A model generated the notes under the pieces. The model saw nothing but the letters and a program-made list of their open reading frames with translations. It had not been told where the DNA came from and made no database searches. Of a stretch of DNA of 40,860 nucleotides, positions 28,811-39,438 are shown one piece after another. The stretch comes from Gammaproteobacteria bacterium (GTDB lineage: Bacteria > Pseudomonadota > Gammaproteobacteria > GCA-001735895): assembly GCA_030066335.1 (NCBI GenBank), contig JASJBV010000071.1:1-40860 (forward strand). Reading direction: 5' to 3'. Position numbers and translations under genes: made by a program. Each line of letters begins with the position of its first letter. Position 1 is the stretch's first letter.

Positions 28811-30877
28811 ATGGCGATAGATATGGCCCAGTTTCACCAGGTGTTTTTCGAAGAAAGCTTCGAGGGGCTGGGCGTGATGGAAACTGGCTTGATGGAACTT
28901 GAGCCAGGTACCGCGGATGTCGAGGTCATCAACAGTATTTTCCGCGCCGCCCATTCGATCAAGGGCGGATCGGGCACCTTTGGCTTCAAGGATATCGCCG
29001 ATTTCACCCATGTCATGGAAACCCTGCTGGATGACATGCGCGAGGGTAAGCGTGAGATCACCGACAGCAACACCGATATCCTGTTGCGTGCGACCGATTG
29101 CCTGAAAGAAATGCTGGAAGCGGCACAGGCCGGTGACCAGGCCGATCCACAGCGAGTAATCCAACATCGACAGGAATTACAACAGGAACTGGATGGCCCG
29201 GCGACCATTTCAAGCGCGGCCACTGCCAGCCCGGCAGCCGCGGTCGAACCAGTGCAAGCCAGCGGCTGGCATATCCAGTTCAAACCCGCCCCGAATATGC
29301 TGCAAACCGGGAATGATCCAATGGCGATCATGCGGGAGCTGGCAGAACTGGGCGAACTGGAGCTGGTGCCCAACCTGCAGCGGATCCCGCGCTTCGAGGA
29401 GCTGGATGCCGAGGACTGCTATCTTGCCTGGGACCTGACCCTGCATGGCGAGGCCAGCGAGGCACAGGTCAGGGAAGTGTTCGCCTGGGTGGAAGATCTG
29501 TGTGAGCTCAAACTCGAGCCGCTGGTGGTTGCCATCACCGAGGTCGAATCCGATGTTGCAGTCGAGCAACCGCCGCTAACCACCGAGACCAAAGCCGAAC
29601 CGGTTAAACCAAGTTCTGACGCCAAGCAGGCATCGCGCAAACCGGTCACTGCCGGCTCCCAGCCGGCAGCCAGCTCGATCCGGGTCGATACCGGCAAGAT
29701 TGACGCCCTGATCAATATGGTCGGCGAGTTGGTGATCACCCAGTCGATGTTGGGTGTGATGGGTGAAACCATCGAGGAACAACAGGCGGTGACCCTGCAG
29801 GATATCGAAAAAATGCGTAACGGCCTGATGCAACTGGAACGCAACACGCGCGAGCTGCAGGAGAGCGTGATGCAGGTGCGGATGATGCCGATCAGTTTTT
29901 CCTTCTCGCGGTTTCCGCGCCTGGTCAGGGACCTGTCGGGCAAGATGGGCAAGAAAATCGAACTCAAACTGATCGGTGAGACCACCGAGGTGGATAAAAC
30001 CGTCATCGAAAAGATCGCCGATCCGTTGGTGCACCTGGTACGCAACAGCATCGACCATGGCGTTGAACTGCCGGAAGAGCGACGCGCCGCCGGCAAACCG
30101 GAACAGGGCACGATAGAACTCAATGCTTACCACCTGGGCGGCAATATCATCATCGAGATCAAGGATGACGGTAAGGGCATGGACCGCGATAAATTGCTGG
30201 CCAAGGCCATCGATAAGGGCCTGGTCTCCGCCGAGGACGTATTGAGTGACAAGCAGGTCTTCGAATTGATATTCATGCCCGGGTTTTCCACCGCGGAACA
30301 GGTCAGTGATGTTTCCGGGCGCGGTGTGGGGATGGATGTGGTCCGGCGTAATATTCAGGAACTGGGCGGTGGGGTCGAGATCGATTCGGCGTTGGGGGTC
30401 GGCACCACGATGAAGATCCGCCTGCCATTGACCCTGGCCATCCTCGACGGCCAGACGGTCCGGGTCGCTCAGGAAAATTACATCATCCCGATCATCTCGA
30501 TCGTCGAATCGATCCAGATCAGCCCTGAAATGCTGAACCGGGTAGGTGGACAGGGTGAAACATTTAAATTACGTGACGAGTATCTACCCATCATCAAGCT
30601 ACACGAGGTGTTTGCCGTCGAAGATTCAGCTCCGGTCAGATTAAGCGAGGGCCTGCTGGTGGTGGTTGAAGCCGATGGTGAACAGGTCGGCCTATTGGTC
30701 GATGACCTGTTGGGGCAACAGCAGGTAGTGATCAAATCGCTCGAGAGTAACTATAAAAAAATCGAGGGTTTTTCCGGTGCCACGATCCTTGGTGATGGCT
30801 CGGTTGCGCTGATCCTGGATATGCCGGGTATCCTGCGTCTGAACAAGAAACTGGCCAAACAGGCGCAAGCAGCATGA
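28811..30877 (+). CDS. cheA: Histidine kinase CheA (F7/Che2 system)
   Basis: MAIDMAQFHQVFFEES, Hpt FRAAHSIKGG, P2-like ..GNDP..CYLAW, LINMVGELVI, SGRGVGMDVV; GGAG before ATG 28811. Confidence 0.96.
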   Translation: MAIDMAQFHQVFFEESFEGLGVMETGLMELEPGTADVEVINSIFRAAHSIKGGSGTFGFKDIADFTHVMETLLDDMREGKREITDSNTDILLRATDCLKEMLEAAQAGDQADPQRVIQHRQELQQELDGPATISSAATASPAAAVEPVQASGWHIQFKPAPNMLQTGNDPMAIMRELAELGELELVPNLQRIPRFEELDAEDCYLAWDLTLHGEASEAQVREVFAWVEDLCELKLEPLVVAITEVESDVAVEQPPLTTETKAEPVKPSSDAKQASRKPVTAGSQPAASSIRVDTGKIDALINMVGELVITQSMLGVMGETIEEQQAVTLQDIEKMRNGLMQLERNTRELQESVMQVRMMPISFSFSRFPRLVRDLSGKMGKKIELKLIGETTEVDKTVIEKIADPLVHLVRNSIDHGVELPEERRAAGKPEQGTIELNAYHLGGNIIIEIKDDGKGMDRDKLLAKAIDKGLVSAEDVLSDKQVFELIFMPGFSTAEQVSDVSGRGVGMDVVRRNIQELGGGVEIDSALGVGTTMKIRLPLTLAILDGQTVRVAQENYIIPIISIVESIQISPEMLNRVGGQGETFKLRDEYLPIIKLHEVFAVEDSAPVRLSEGLLVVVEADGEQVGLLVDDLLGQQQVVIKSLESNYKKIEGFSGATILGDGSVALILDMPGILRLNKKLAKQAQAA

Positions 30878-31395
30878 ATGATCCGCAGCAGACCAACGAG
30901 GTTACCGATTTGTCATCCGTCGACCAATACCTGACATTCAGTATTGGGGATGAGGATTACGGGGTGGAAATTTTAAGCGTACAGGAAATCCGTGGCTGGG
31001 AGCCAGTGGCCAGGGTGCCGAATACACCTGATTACCTGATGGGTGTGCTCAATCTGCGCGGTAACGCGGTACCCGTTATCGACATGCGCCTGCGTATGCA
31101 TGCGCGCAAGCCGGACTATGACCATACCACCGTGGTCATCATATTACGTACTGAGCTGCGGAGTCATGAGCGGGTGGCGGGGATCGTCGTCGATGACGTG
31201 TCCGATGTCATGAATGCCGGCATCGATGACATCAGGAAAACACCGGATTTTGGGGACAGAGTCAATACCGAATTCATCAAGGGTCTGGTCGATGTGGGCG
31301 GTAACATGGTGATGCTGTTTGATGTCGATAATTTCATGCGCCATCCGGATATCTATGATGCAGACGATAGTATTGAGGCGCAAGCCGGGGGCTAG
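30874..31395 (+). CDS. cheW: CheW (F7)
   Basis: QYLTF...[31 protein letters not shown]. Confidence 0.95.
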   Translation: MNDPQQTNEVTDLSSVDQYLTFSIGDEDYGVEILSVQEIRGWEPVARVPNTPDYLMGVLNLRGNAVPVIDMRLRMHARKPDYDHTTVVIILRTELRSHERVAGIVVDDVSDVMNAGIDDIRKTPDFGDRVNTEFIKGLVDVGGNMVMLFDVDNFMRHPDIYDADDSIEAQAGG

Positions 31396-31406
31396 GGGAA
31401 TTCAGG

Positions 31407-34193
31407 ATGCATTTGATCAAAAATATTAACCTGAAAAATAAGCTGATCCTGATCCTGGTGGTGCCCATGATTGGTATGGTGGTCTTTTCTTACATGCTTT
31501 ATCAGCCGGCCAATGAAGCGGCCGAAAATGCCGCCAGGATGGCCCAACTGACCAGGCTTGCGGTAGTGGCAAATCGCAGCGTCGATCACCTGCAGGATGA
31601 ACTTGATACGACTGCGCAATTTATCAAGGCGCGCGGCAAACTGTATGGACAGGCACTGAAAAATCTGCACAGAAAGTCCGACCAGGTGATCGAAGAATTT
31701 ACCTCGACCCTGGACACGATGGATGTGCAGGCGTTTGATGAGGTATTCGCTGAGCATGTAAATGATCTGCTTGCCGAGATGGCAGAGCTGGCTGCCACGC
31801 GCGAATCCATCATGCAAAGAGAGCTTAATGGGCGCAAGGCCGAGACATTTTACAGCAAGCTGGTTGATGACATGCTCGGTTTGATTGAGATGATGCCGCG
31901 GCTAAGCTTCGATAAAGAACTGGCCAATGCATCCAATGCTTATGTCAATTTCATGCGCTTGAAAAATTATGCCGCAAAAGAGAGATATATCCTATTCAAT
32001 GTATTCGAGCGAGATCAGTTTGTGGGTAAGGAATTCGAGCAATTCAACCGGGCGGTGAACAATCAGCAGGTTTACCTGCGAGCCTTTCTGTCTTTGGCCA
32101 GTCCGCAACAACAGGCAATGTACGAGGAAAAGCTCCAAGGACAGAGTATTACTACCGCAATGGATATGCGACAAAAGGCTTTCCTCTCGGCTGACTATGG
32201 AGCCTTTAGTATCAACCCGCAGGAATGGATGATTACGCAGGGACATAAGATCAAGCTACTCAACGATATAGCCGAAACCTTGACCGCCGACATCAGTAAT
32301 AAGGTTGTCAGCAAGGAATCAGATGCCGCCAGGATCAAGCTGTCACTGTCCATGTTCTCATTGTTTGCGCTGATTCTGACTATCATATTCTGGTGGATTA
32401 TTGCGCGTGGTATCGGTGACTCGGTGAGTCATATTCTGCATGTCATGCACAAGATCTCGCAGGGCGACCTGGGCAGTGATACCAGTAATGCAAGCCGCGA
32501 TGAGTTCGGTCAACTGATCACATCCCTGGGCAAAATGCAGGCAGATCTTAAATGCAGGATAGACCGCGAGGCCGTGGTAGCGGCACAAAATTTACGGGTA
32601 AAACAGGCGCTGGATCATGTGACCGCCAACGTCATGCTGGCTGATGAGGATAACCAGATCATCTACCTGAATGATGCCGCATTAAACACCTTCAGCAACA
32701 TCGAGACGGACCTGGCCGATGAGATCCATGGCTTCCGCGCCAGTGACATCATCGGTAGCAGTATCGATAAGTTTCATAAGCATCCACAGCATCAACAACA
32801 ACTGGTCGCCGGGCTCAGTCAATCTCACCAGGCGAGTATTGCGGTAGGTGGCCGCAGCATGAACTTTGTCGCCAATCCGGTGATCGATGCCAGTGGCAAG
32901 CGTCTTGGTACCGTTGTGGAATGGTTGGATCGAACCGATGAAGTCCGGACTGAAATCGAGATTCAAACCATCGTCGATGCGGTACAACAGGGTGATCTGA
33001 ACCAGCGGATCAAGACGGATGATAAAACCGGGTTTAACCTGAACCTGAGTAACGGTATCAATGAAATGGTACGGGAAATTTCCAGTACCCTGGAAGATAT
33101 CAATGGTGTGATGTCGGCCCTGGCCAGTGGTGATTTAACCAAGTCTATCAGTAATGACTACCGGGGTACCTTCGCCGACGTCGCCAGCAATGTCAATCAC
33201 ACGATTGAACAAATCGGCCAGATAGTGGGTGAAATTAGATCATCGGCCAATACTGTGAATTCCAATTCACGGGAAATACTTGAAGGCAATAACTACCTGT
33301 CCTCGCGGACCGAACAGCAAGCGGCTGCGCTGGAGGAAACTGCATCCAGTCTGGAAGAATTGACCAGCACGGTAAAACAGAATTCGGACAGCGCCCAGCG
33401 GGCCAACAGCCTGGCAACCACGGCCAGGGACATCGCGGATAAAGGAGGTCAAGTCGTCGAAGAAGCGATTCAGGCGATGCAGGAGATCAATACTTCAAGT
33501 AAAAAAATATCCGAGATTATCAGTGTTATCGACGAGATCGCTTTCCAGACCAACCTGCTGGCATTGAATGCCAGTGTCGAAGCGGCCCGGGCCGGTGAGC
33601 AGGGCCGCGGCTTTGCGGTGGTGGCTACCGAAGTCCGCAACCTGGCCCAGCGCAGTGCCACCGCAGCCAAGGAGATCAAGGAGCTGATCCAGGACAGCGT
33701 GGCCAAGGTGAATTCCGGTTCGGAGCTGGTTAACCGCTCCGGTGAGACCCTGACCGAGATCGTCCATGGTATCAACAAGGTCGGAGATATCGTAAGTGAT
33801 ATCGCAGCCGCCAGTCAGGAACAGACCCTGGGCATCGAGCAGGTGAATGCCGCCGTTTCCAGCATTGATGAAACCACCCAGCAGAATGCTTCACTGGCGG
33901 AACAAACGATGTCTTCCAGTGTTGCCATGAGTGAACGGGCCGGCGATATGAAGCAGCGTCTGGATTTCTTCTCCCTCGGTAGTCAATGGCAAGTCGATCA
34001 ACTGGCCGTTGCCGATGAACAACAGGCCACGGAGACCGATTCAACAGGCCTCAATCCATCAATCGATAAGCCGATACCAGCTGACCACGATAGTGAGCTG
34101 ACCCAGCTGGAACCTTTGTCCCCGACCGAAGCGGAACAACCCGTTACGCCAATCGAGATGAGTTTCGATGACGAAGACTGGGAAGAATTCTGA
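31407..34193 (+). CDS. Methyl-accepting chemotaxis protein: TM - NIT-like periplasmic domain - TM - HAMP - Aer2-type PAS - di-HAMP - MA - pentapeptide
   Basis: TM1 [18 protein letters not shown]-like [25 protein letters not shown]....KI, TM2, [46 protein letters not shown], ends DWEEF. Confidence 0.9.
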   Translation: MHLIKNINLKNKLILILVVPMIGMVVFSYMLYQPANEAAENAARMAQLTRLAVVANRSVDHLQDELDTTAQFIKARGKLYGQALKNLHRKSDQVIEEFTSTLDTMDVQAFDEVFAEHVNDLLAEMAELAATRESIMQRELNGRKAETFYSKLVDDMLGLIEMMPRLSFDKELANASNAYVNFMRLKNYAAKERYILFNVFERDQFVGKEFEQFNRAVNNQQVYLRAFLSLASPQQQAMYEEKLQGQSITTAMDMRQKAFLSADYGAFSINPQEWMITQGHKIKLLNDIAETLTADISNKVVSKESDAARIKLSLSMFSLFALILTIIFWWIIARGIGDSVSHILHVMHKISQGDLGSDTSNASRDEFGQLITSLGKMQADLKCRIDREAVVAAQNLRVKQALDHVTANVMLADEDNQIIYLNDAALNTFSNIETDLADEIHGFRASDIIGSSIDKFHKHPQHQQQLVAGLSQSHQASIAVGGRSMNFVANPVIDASGKRLGTVVEWLDRTDEVRTEIEIQTIVDAVQQGDLNQRIKTDDKTGFNLNLSNGINEMVREISSTLEDINGVMSALASGDLTKSISNDYRGTFADVASNVNHTIEQIGQIVGEIRSSANTVNSNSREILEGNNYLSSRTEQQAAALEETASSLEELTSTVKQNSDSAQRANSLATTARDIADKGGQVVEEAIQAMQEINTSSKKISEIISVIDEIAFQTNLLALNASVEAARAGEQGRGFAVVATEVRNLAQRSATAAKEIKELIQDSVAKVNSGSELVNRSGETLTEIVHGINKVGDIVSDIAAASQEQTLGIEQVNAAVSSIDETTQQNASLAEQTMSSSVAMSERAGDMKQRLDFFSLGSQWQVDQLAVADEQQATETDSTGLNPSIDKPIPADHDSELTQLEPLSPTEAEQPVTPIEMSFDDEDWEEF

Positions 34194-34271
34194 TGACAGG
34201 CGTCCATGCCAAAGCCTGGATTGGAAGTGATGATATCTGCTCAAGGTCAGTAAACAGCAACAAGGTCGTGG

Positions 34272-34292
34272 CGCCGGCAACTTTTGCCGGCG
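34272..34292. other. Perfect inverted repeat/hairpin between the two MCP genes
   Basis: CGCCGGCAA-CTT-TTGCCGGCG (9-bp arms); no U-tract; 11 nt before the GGAG RBS. Confidence 0.6.
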
Positions 34293-34313
34293 GGAACACT
34301 TCTGGAGTTCACA

Positions 34314-36512
34314 ATGAAAAATAATCAGCCGGTAACCCAACAAGAAGTCATGATGCGCGAGGGCTCCGTCCTCGTATCAAAGACCGATCTGAAAGGCAGG
34401 ATCACTTATGTCAACCAGGACTTCATCGAGATCAGTGGTTATGCCGAATCTGAACTGATCGGTAACAGTCACAATATGGTCAGGCATCCTGACATGCCGC
34501 CGGCGGCATTCAAGTCGTTATGGGATGATTTGCAAGCCGGCAAACCATGGACTGCGCCGATTAAGAATCGTTGCAAGAATGGTGACCATTACTGGGTGAT
34601 TGCCAATGTCAGCCCGATTTATCAGAATGGCAAGGTTGTTGAATACATGTCGGTCAGGTCTGTGCCCGGTCGCGAGCAAATAACCGAGGCCGAAAAGCTG
34701 TATTCAGAGCTTAATGCCGGCAAGACCAGCCTGGAAAAGAATGCCGTTCAGCAATTCATTCATCGCTTGAAATCGGTTAAAACCTCGACCTGGCTATATG
34801 TCAGTGTGGTGACGGTTGCGTTATTCATGGCAGTACTCGCCCTGATGCTGATGAATGGGGTGTCAACTTCTGTGATCAGCGGCACGTTGCTCATCGGTGC
34901 TTTCATCACCCTGGTTATCGGGGTGCTGAACACGCGCAACAACAGTAAACCACTGGAATATCTGCAGCAGCAATTGTTTGCGATAACCAATGGTGAGTAT
35001 TTCAACTGGACTGATATCTCGTTGGAGAATGAGATCGGCGACCTAATGCGGCGGGTTTTCTCGACCCAGGTGCGGCTGGGTTTCGATGTCATGGATGCAC
35101 GGGAAAAGGCGCTCGATGGAGAGCGGATAAAATCTGCCCTGGACAATGTCACCGCCAATGTCATGGTGGCGGATTCGGACTACAACGTGATCTACACCAA
35201 TCGAACCATTCAGAAGATGTTTGAGGTCGCAGAGGCAGATTTTCGCCAGGACCTGCCTGATTTTTATGCGGCCGATATCATGGGTAAAAACATCGATATG
35301 TTCCATAACAACCCGGGTCATCAACGCTCTGTGCTGGATAACTTGAGCTCAACCTTTAGCGCTGATTTGAAAATTGGTAGCAGGCATATGCGGGTAACCG
35401 CCAACCCCGTAATCGCGGAAGGCCGTCGCATCGGAACGGTAGCAGAGTGGCAGGATCGTACGGCCGAGGTGGCAATCGAACAGGAGATGACCCAACTGGT
35501 GCAGGATGCCCAGGCCGGTAATCTTGCAACACGCTTGCCTACCGATAACAAGGAAGGTTTCTTCAGGCAGTTGGCGGAAAATCTCAACGGCATGCTCGAC
35601 GTGCTCGATGCCACCTTTGCCGATATCAATCATGTTATGGGGACATTACGCAAGGGTGAATTAAATAACACCATCGACCGCGCCTACAACGGCATCTTTG
35701 GCGAGGTTAAGGACAATGTGAATGGCACCATTCACCAGTTGAAAACCATTGTGACTGAAATCCGCGAATCCTCCGGCCAGATCGACAGTACCTCGCAGGA
35801 GATTGCAATCGGTAACCACAACCTGTCGGCACGTACCGAGCAACAGGCGGCCGCACTGGAACAGGTGGCCTCGAGCATGGAGCAGATTACCTCGACCGTG
35901 CGCCAGAACGCGGACAATGCATCACACGCCAATACCCTGGCTAGCGATGCCGGGAACACCGCGGACCAGGGTGGGATTGTGGTTCAGCAGGCAGTCAATG
36001 CGATGTCCGAGATCAATCAATCCAGTAATAAGATTGCCGAGATTATCGGCGTTATTGACGAGATTGCGTTCCAGACCAATCTGCTGGCGTTGAATGCCAG
36101 TGTCGAGGCGGCCCGGGCCGGTGAGCAGGGGCGTGGATTTGCGGTGGTCGCCACCGAGGTCAGAAACCTGGCCCAACGCTCTGCAACCGCGGCCAAGGAG
36201 ATCAAGGACCTGATCAATGACTCGGTGCAGAAGGTTCATACCGGTTCCGAACTGGTCAACGAATCCGGCCAGAAACTGCAGGATATCGTGACCGGGGTGA
36301 AGAAGGTCAAGGACATTGTGGCCGAGATTGCCGCGGCCAGCTCCGAGCAGGCGAGTGGGGTGGATCAGGTCAGTCTTGCGATCACCAGTATGGATGACCT
36401 GACCCAGCAAAATGCCGCGCTGGCGGAGCAGGCCTCCGCGGCCAGTACCAACATGTCGGAACAGGCCCAGGTCATGAACAAACAAATGCATTTCTTCACC
36501 ACCAAAAAGTGA
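34314..36512 (+). CDS. Methyl-accepting chemotaxis protein: Aer-type PAS - membrane hairpin - HAMP - Aer2-type PAS - di-HAMP - MA
   Basis: [47 protein letters not shown] (Aer FAD-PAS); two TMs; [31 protein letters not shown]; MA hairpin; GGAG before ATG 34314. Confidence 0.92.
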   Translation: MKNNQPVTQQEVMMREGSVLVSKTDLKGRITYVNQDFIEISGYAESELIGNSHNMVRHPDMPPAAFKSLWDDLQAGKPWTAPIKNRCKNGDHYWVIANVSPIYQNGKVVEYMSVRSVPGREQITEAEKLYSELNAGKTSLEKNAVQQFIHRLKSVKTSTWLYVSVVTVALFMAVLALMLMNGVSTSVISGTLLIGAFITLVIGVLNTRNNSKPLEYLQQQLFAITNGEYFNWTDISLENEIGDLMRRVFSTQVRLGFDVMDAREKALDGERIKSALDNVTANVMVADSDYNVIYTNRTIQKMFEVAEADFRQDLPDFYAADIMGKNIDMFHNNPGHQRSVLDNLSSTFSADLKIGSRHMRVTANPVIAEGRRIGTVAEWQDRTAEVAIEQEMTQLVQDAQAGNLATRLPTDNKEGFFRQLAENLNGMLDVLDATFADINHVMGTLRKGELNNTIDRAYNGIFGEVKDNVNGTIHQLKTIVTEIRESSGQIDSTSQEIAIGNHNLSARTEQQAAALEQVASSMEQITSTVRQNADNASHANTLASDAGNTADQGGIVVQQAVNAMSEINQSSNKIAEIIGVIDEIAFQTNLLALNASVEAARAGEQGRGFAVVATEVRNLAQRSATAAKEIKDLINDSVQKVHTGSELVNESGQKLQDIVTGVKKVKDIVAEIAAASSEQASGVDQVSLAITSMDDLTQQNAALAEQASAASTNMSEQAQVMNKQMHFFTTKK

Positions 36513-36539
36513 TTGGCGGATCAACAGCAAGGTTCAAGC

Positions 36540-37031
36540 ATGACGACAGATCAGACACAGCAAGCAGGCGCAGACAACAACCAGGAATATCTGACTTTCA
36601 GCCTGGGTAACGAGCAATACGGAGTCGATATTCTCAAGGTGCAGGAGATCCGGGGCTGGGAACCCCTGCGCGAAATGCCGGATGCTCCTGCCTATTACAA
36701 GGGGGTGCTGGATTTTCGCGGCCATATCTTACCTGTTGTCGACCTCAGGATTCGGTTCGGGGAAGAGCAGGTCAACTACAAGAGCACTACCGTGATCATT
36801 GTGCTTAACAATGATGATGCAGACAACATGATGGGCGTGGTAGTGGATGCGGTGTCCGATGTATTGACGGTCAGGCAAAGCGAGATCAAAGCGGCACCGG
36901 ATATGGGCAGCAGGATTAAAACCGATTATGTGTTGGGGATGGTCAGCCGAGCTGACGACATGATCATGCTGGTGGATGCTGAGCGCCTGATCGACGTGGA
37001 AGAATTGGAGGTTGCAGACACCGTTTGCTGA
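36540..37031 (+). CDS. cheW: CheW (second F7 copy)
   Basis: EYLTF...YGVDILKVQEIRGW, GVLDFRG, GVVVDAVSDV. Confidence 0.94.
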   Translation: MTTDQTQQAGADNNQEYLTFSLGNEQYGVDILKVQEIRGWEPLREMPDAPAYYKGVLDFRGHILPVVDLRIRFGEEQVNYKSTTVIIVLNNDDADNMMGVVVDAVSDVLTVRQSEIKAAPDMGSRIKTDYVLGMVSRADDMIMLVDAERLIDVEELEVADTVC

Positions 37032-37038
37032 AACGAAT

Positions 37039-37758
37039 ATGGCCAAGAAATCTACCCCTAAACAAGTTATTGACTATGATCCGCTGGCCTGGCTGGACGA
37101 AGCCGCCGCGACCGAGGCAGAGGAAACACCGGCATCCGCAAGCAAAGCGAGCCGCAACAAGCCGACTACTGACAAGCAGGGGAGAAGAACGGAAGCAAAA
37201 ACCTCAGCGGCGCCAGCTCAGGAACCGGTTAGCGAGGAATCTGCCGGTTATGGTTTCTTCGCTGAAGAACCTGAGCTTAGCTCGGCGCAGGCATCCGCCC
37301 AGACAAATGCCGGAAGTGTTGAGCAGGAGCAGACAGAAACCGCCGCCTATGGCTTTTTTGCTGATGACGCGTCCGCTCTCACCGGCGATAACGCTACAGT
37401 CGAGGCCACGGGTGAGAAGATCGATCTGGGGGCGGAGCTGACCATCCGCTCGATTGCCGAGCGTAAGACGATGATCGACCGGGCCCTGGCAACCGGTGAG
37501 GATATCCGTATCGATATCAGTCAACTACAAAAAATCGACAGTGCCGGGGTGCAGATGATCTATAGTCTGATCCACAGCCTGCAGCAAACAACCCAGGCGG
37601 TTTGCTGGGTCGGCAGTAATCCAATGATCGACGATGCAGCCGGTCTGCTAGGGCTGGCGCCCCTGCTCGATGCTCAGCAAACAGCTGATGCCTACGGGTT
37701 TTTCGCTGATGAAACAGAACCGGATGTAGAAGCGGACGGCGCGTTTGGCTTTTTCTGA
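37039..37758 (+). CDS. STAS-domain protein with acidic disordered arms carrying four [YF]GFF motifs
   Basis: N-terminal YDPLAWL, A/E/T-rich linker, STAS core (LGAELTI...IDISQLQKIDSAGVQ...AGLLGL), YGFF x3 plus C-terminal FGFF. Confidence 0.8.
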   Translation: MAKKSTPKQVIDYDPLAWLDEAAATEAEETPASASKASRNKPTTDKQGRRTEAKTSAAPAQEPVSEESAGYGFFAEEPELSSAQASAQTNAGSVEQEQTETAAYGFFADDASALTGDNATVEATGEKIDLGAELTIRSIAERKTMIDRALATGEDIRIDISQLQKIDSAGVQMIYSLIHSLQQTTQAVCWVGSNPMIDDAAGLLGLAPLLDAQQTADAYGFFADETEPDVEADGAFGFF

Positions 37759-37921
37759 TAGCGCCGGGAGCCATGGAGTGACAATGACTTATTCTTCGCC
37801 CAGAGCATGCCCAGCTGCTCGCCTGGATCCTGATCGGTACCGGGTAAGGACGGCCCAAACTGGGCTGTGTAGGTGGATGCCCTATACCCGCAATTACCGG
37901 AAAGATATCGAGATCTGCTAA

Positions 37922-38752
37922 ATGGAACAGGAAAGAGAATTCAAATTTACCCGCGAGGATTTCGATTATCTGCGCAAAATCGTGACAGAGTCGACCGGCA
38001 TCATAGCGAATGAAGATAAGTACACCATGTATTATTCGCGCCTGGCACGCCGGGTCAGGAAACTGGGCCTGAGCGATTTCACCGAGTATCGCCAGTATTT
38101 GCGCAATAATTCAGATACCGAGCTGATGGAACTGGTCAACTCGGTAACCACCAACCTGACCTCGTTTTTCCGGGAAAACCATCACTTCGAGTTTCTCAAG
38201 AATACCTTTGTACCTAGTCTCAAGCAACGCGGCGAGCGTAAAATCCGTATCTGGTCAGCAGGCTGCTCAACTGGAGAAGAACCCTACTCGATTGCGATGT
38301 CACTGGCCCAGGCGATCCCCGATCATGCCAGCTGGGATATCAAGATCCTCGCCACCGATCTCGACTCCAATGTCATCAGCAAGGCCGCGTCAGGCATCTA
38401 TGGGCAGGAACGCGTGGAGGGTATCGATCCGCTCCTGCTGAGAAGTTATTTCAAGAGAGGCAAGGCTACTAATGAAGGCTTCGTCAAGGTCAACCCGGAA
38501 TTGATGCGGATGATCGAATTCAAACAGTTGAACCTGTTACACAGCTGGCCGATTGGTTACAAAATGGACTGCATATTTTGTCGCAACGTGGTGATCTATT
38601 TTGACAAGGAGACCAAGAACCAGCTGGTCGAACGTTATGCCGAACAGATGATCGATAATGGTTACCTGTTCATGGGTCATTCTGAATCCCTGTTTAAATC
38701 GACCGATCGTTTTAAGCTGCTGGGCCAAACCATTTATCAGAAAACGAGGTAA
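37922..38752 (+). CDS. cheR: Chemotaxis methyltransferase CheR
   Basis: TTNLTSFFRENHHF, IWSAGCSTGEEPYS, ATDLD, IFCRNVVIYF, GHSES. Confidence 0.97.
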   Translation: MEQEREFKFTREDFDYLRKIVTESTGIIANEDKYTMYYSRLARRVRKLGLSDFTEYRQYLRNNSDTELMELVNSVTTNLTSFFRENHHFEFLKNTFVPSLKQRGERKIRIWSAGCSTGEEPYSIAMSLAQAIPDHASWDIKILATDLDSNVISKAASGIYGQERVEGIDPLLLRSYFKRGKATNEGFVKVNPELMRMIEFKQLNLLHSWPIGYKMDCIFCRNVVIYFDKETKNQLVERYAEQMIDNGYLFMGHSESLFKSTDRFKLLGQTIYQKTR

Positions 38753-38754
38753 AG

Positions 38755-39387
38755 GTGGACAAGCAGGACATCCCCAAGCCTTTACCCGGATTTGGCGCGA
38801 TCAACCGCTACTGGGATCGTCGGCACAATGCGATCACGGCCAAGATCTTGCCGGGAGAATACTATGTGTCTACCCAGCGCGAGATCATCGCGACCGTATT
38901 GGGCTCCTGCGTATCCGCCTGCGTGCGTGATGCCCGGCATGGTATCGGTGCGATGAATCATTTTCTGTTACCGTTGCATAAAGGCGAGCATTGGTCGGAA
39001 AAAATCGCCGAAGACAGTCAGGCGACCCGCTATGGGAATTATGCGATGGAGCACATGATCAACGATGTACTGAAGTACGGCGGGCGCAAGCAGGACCTCG
39101 AGTTCAAGGTATTCGGTGGCTCCCGGGTGATTGGTGAGATGGGTACCATCGGCAACAACAACATCCGTTTTGTCCTCAATTACCTGGAGATCGAGGGCTA
39201 TCGGTTACTGGCGCAGGATGTCGGTGGCAGGAATCCACGCAAGGTGCTGTTCGACCCGCAATCGGGCAAGGTCAGGGTCAAGAAAATTCAGAGCCTGCAC
39301 AACGAGACGATCATCAAACGTGAAGAAGAATTCATGCAATCCCTGGAGAAACCCGAGGCGATCACCGGTGAAATCGAGCTATTTTAA
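38755..39387 (+). CDS. cheD: Chemoreceptor glutamine deamidase CheD
   Basis: KILPGEYYV, TVLGSCVSAC, MNHFLLP, RYG.YAME, KVFGG, DVGG...RKV; GTG start; ends GEIELF. Confidence 0.96.
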   Translation: MDKQDIPKPLPGFGAINRYWDRRHNAITAKILPGEYYVSTQREIIATVLGSCVSACVRDARHGIGAMNHFLLPLHKGEHWSEKIAEDSQATRYGNYAMEHMINDVLKYGGRKQDLEFKVFGGSRVIGEMGTIGNNNIRFVLNYLEIEGYRLLAQDVGGRNPRKVLFDPQSGKVRVKKIQSLHNETIIKREEEFMQSLEKPEAITGEIELF

Positions 39388-39438
39388 TATCGGACATTGG
39401 CGGACAGTTCGATGGCTGGCCCGAATGGGGGTCCGGGC

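Noticed and set aside
33531-36210. Near-repeat DNA between the two MCP signalling tips
   Set aside because: Differences are synonymous; explained by protein conservation, not a mobile or structural repeat.
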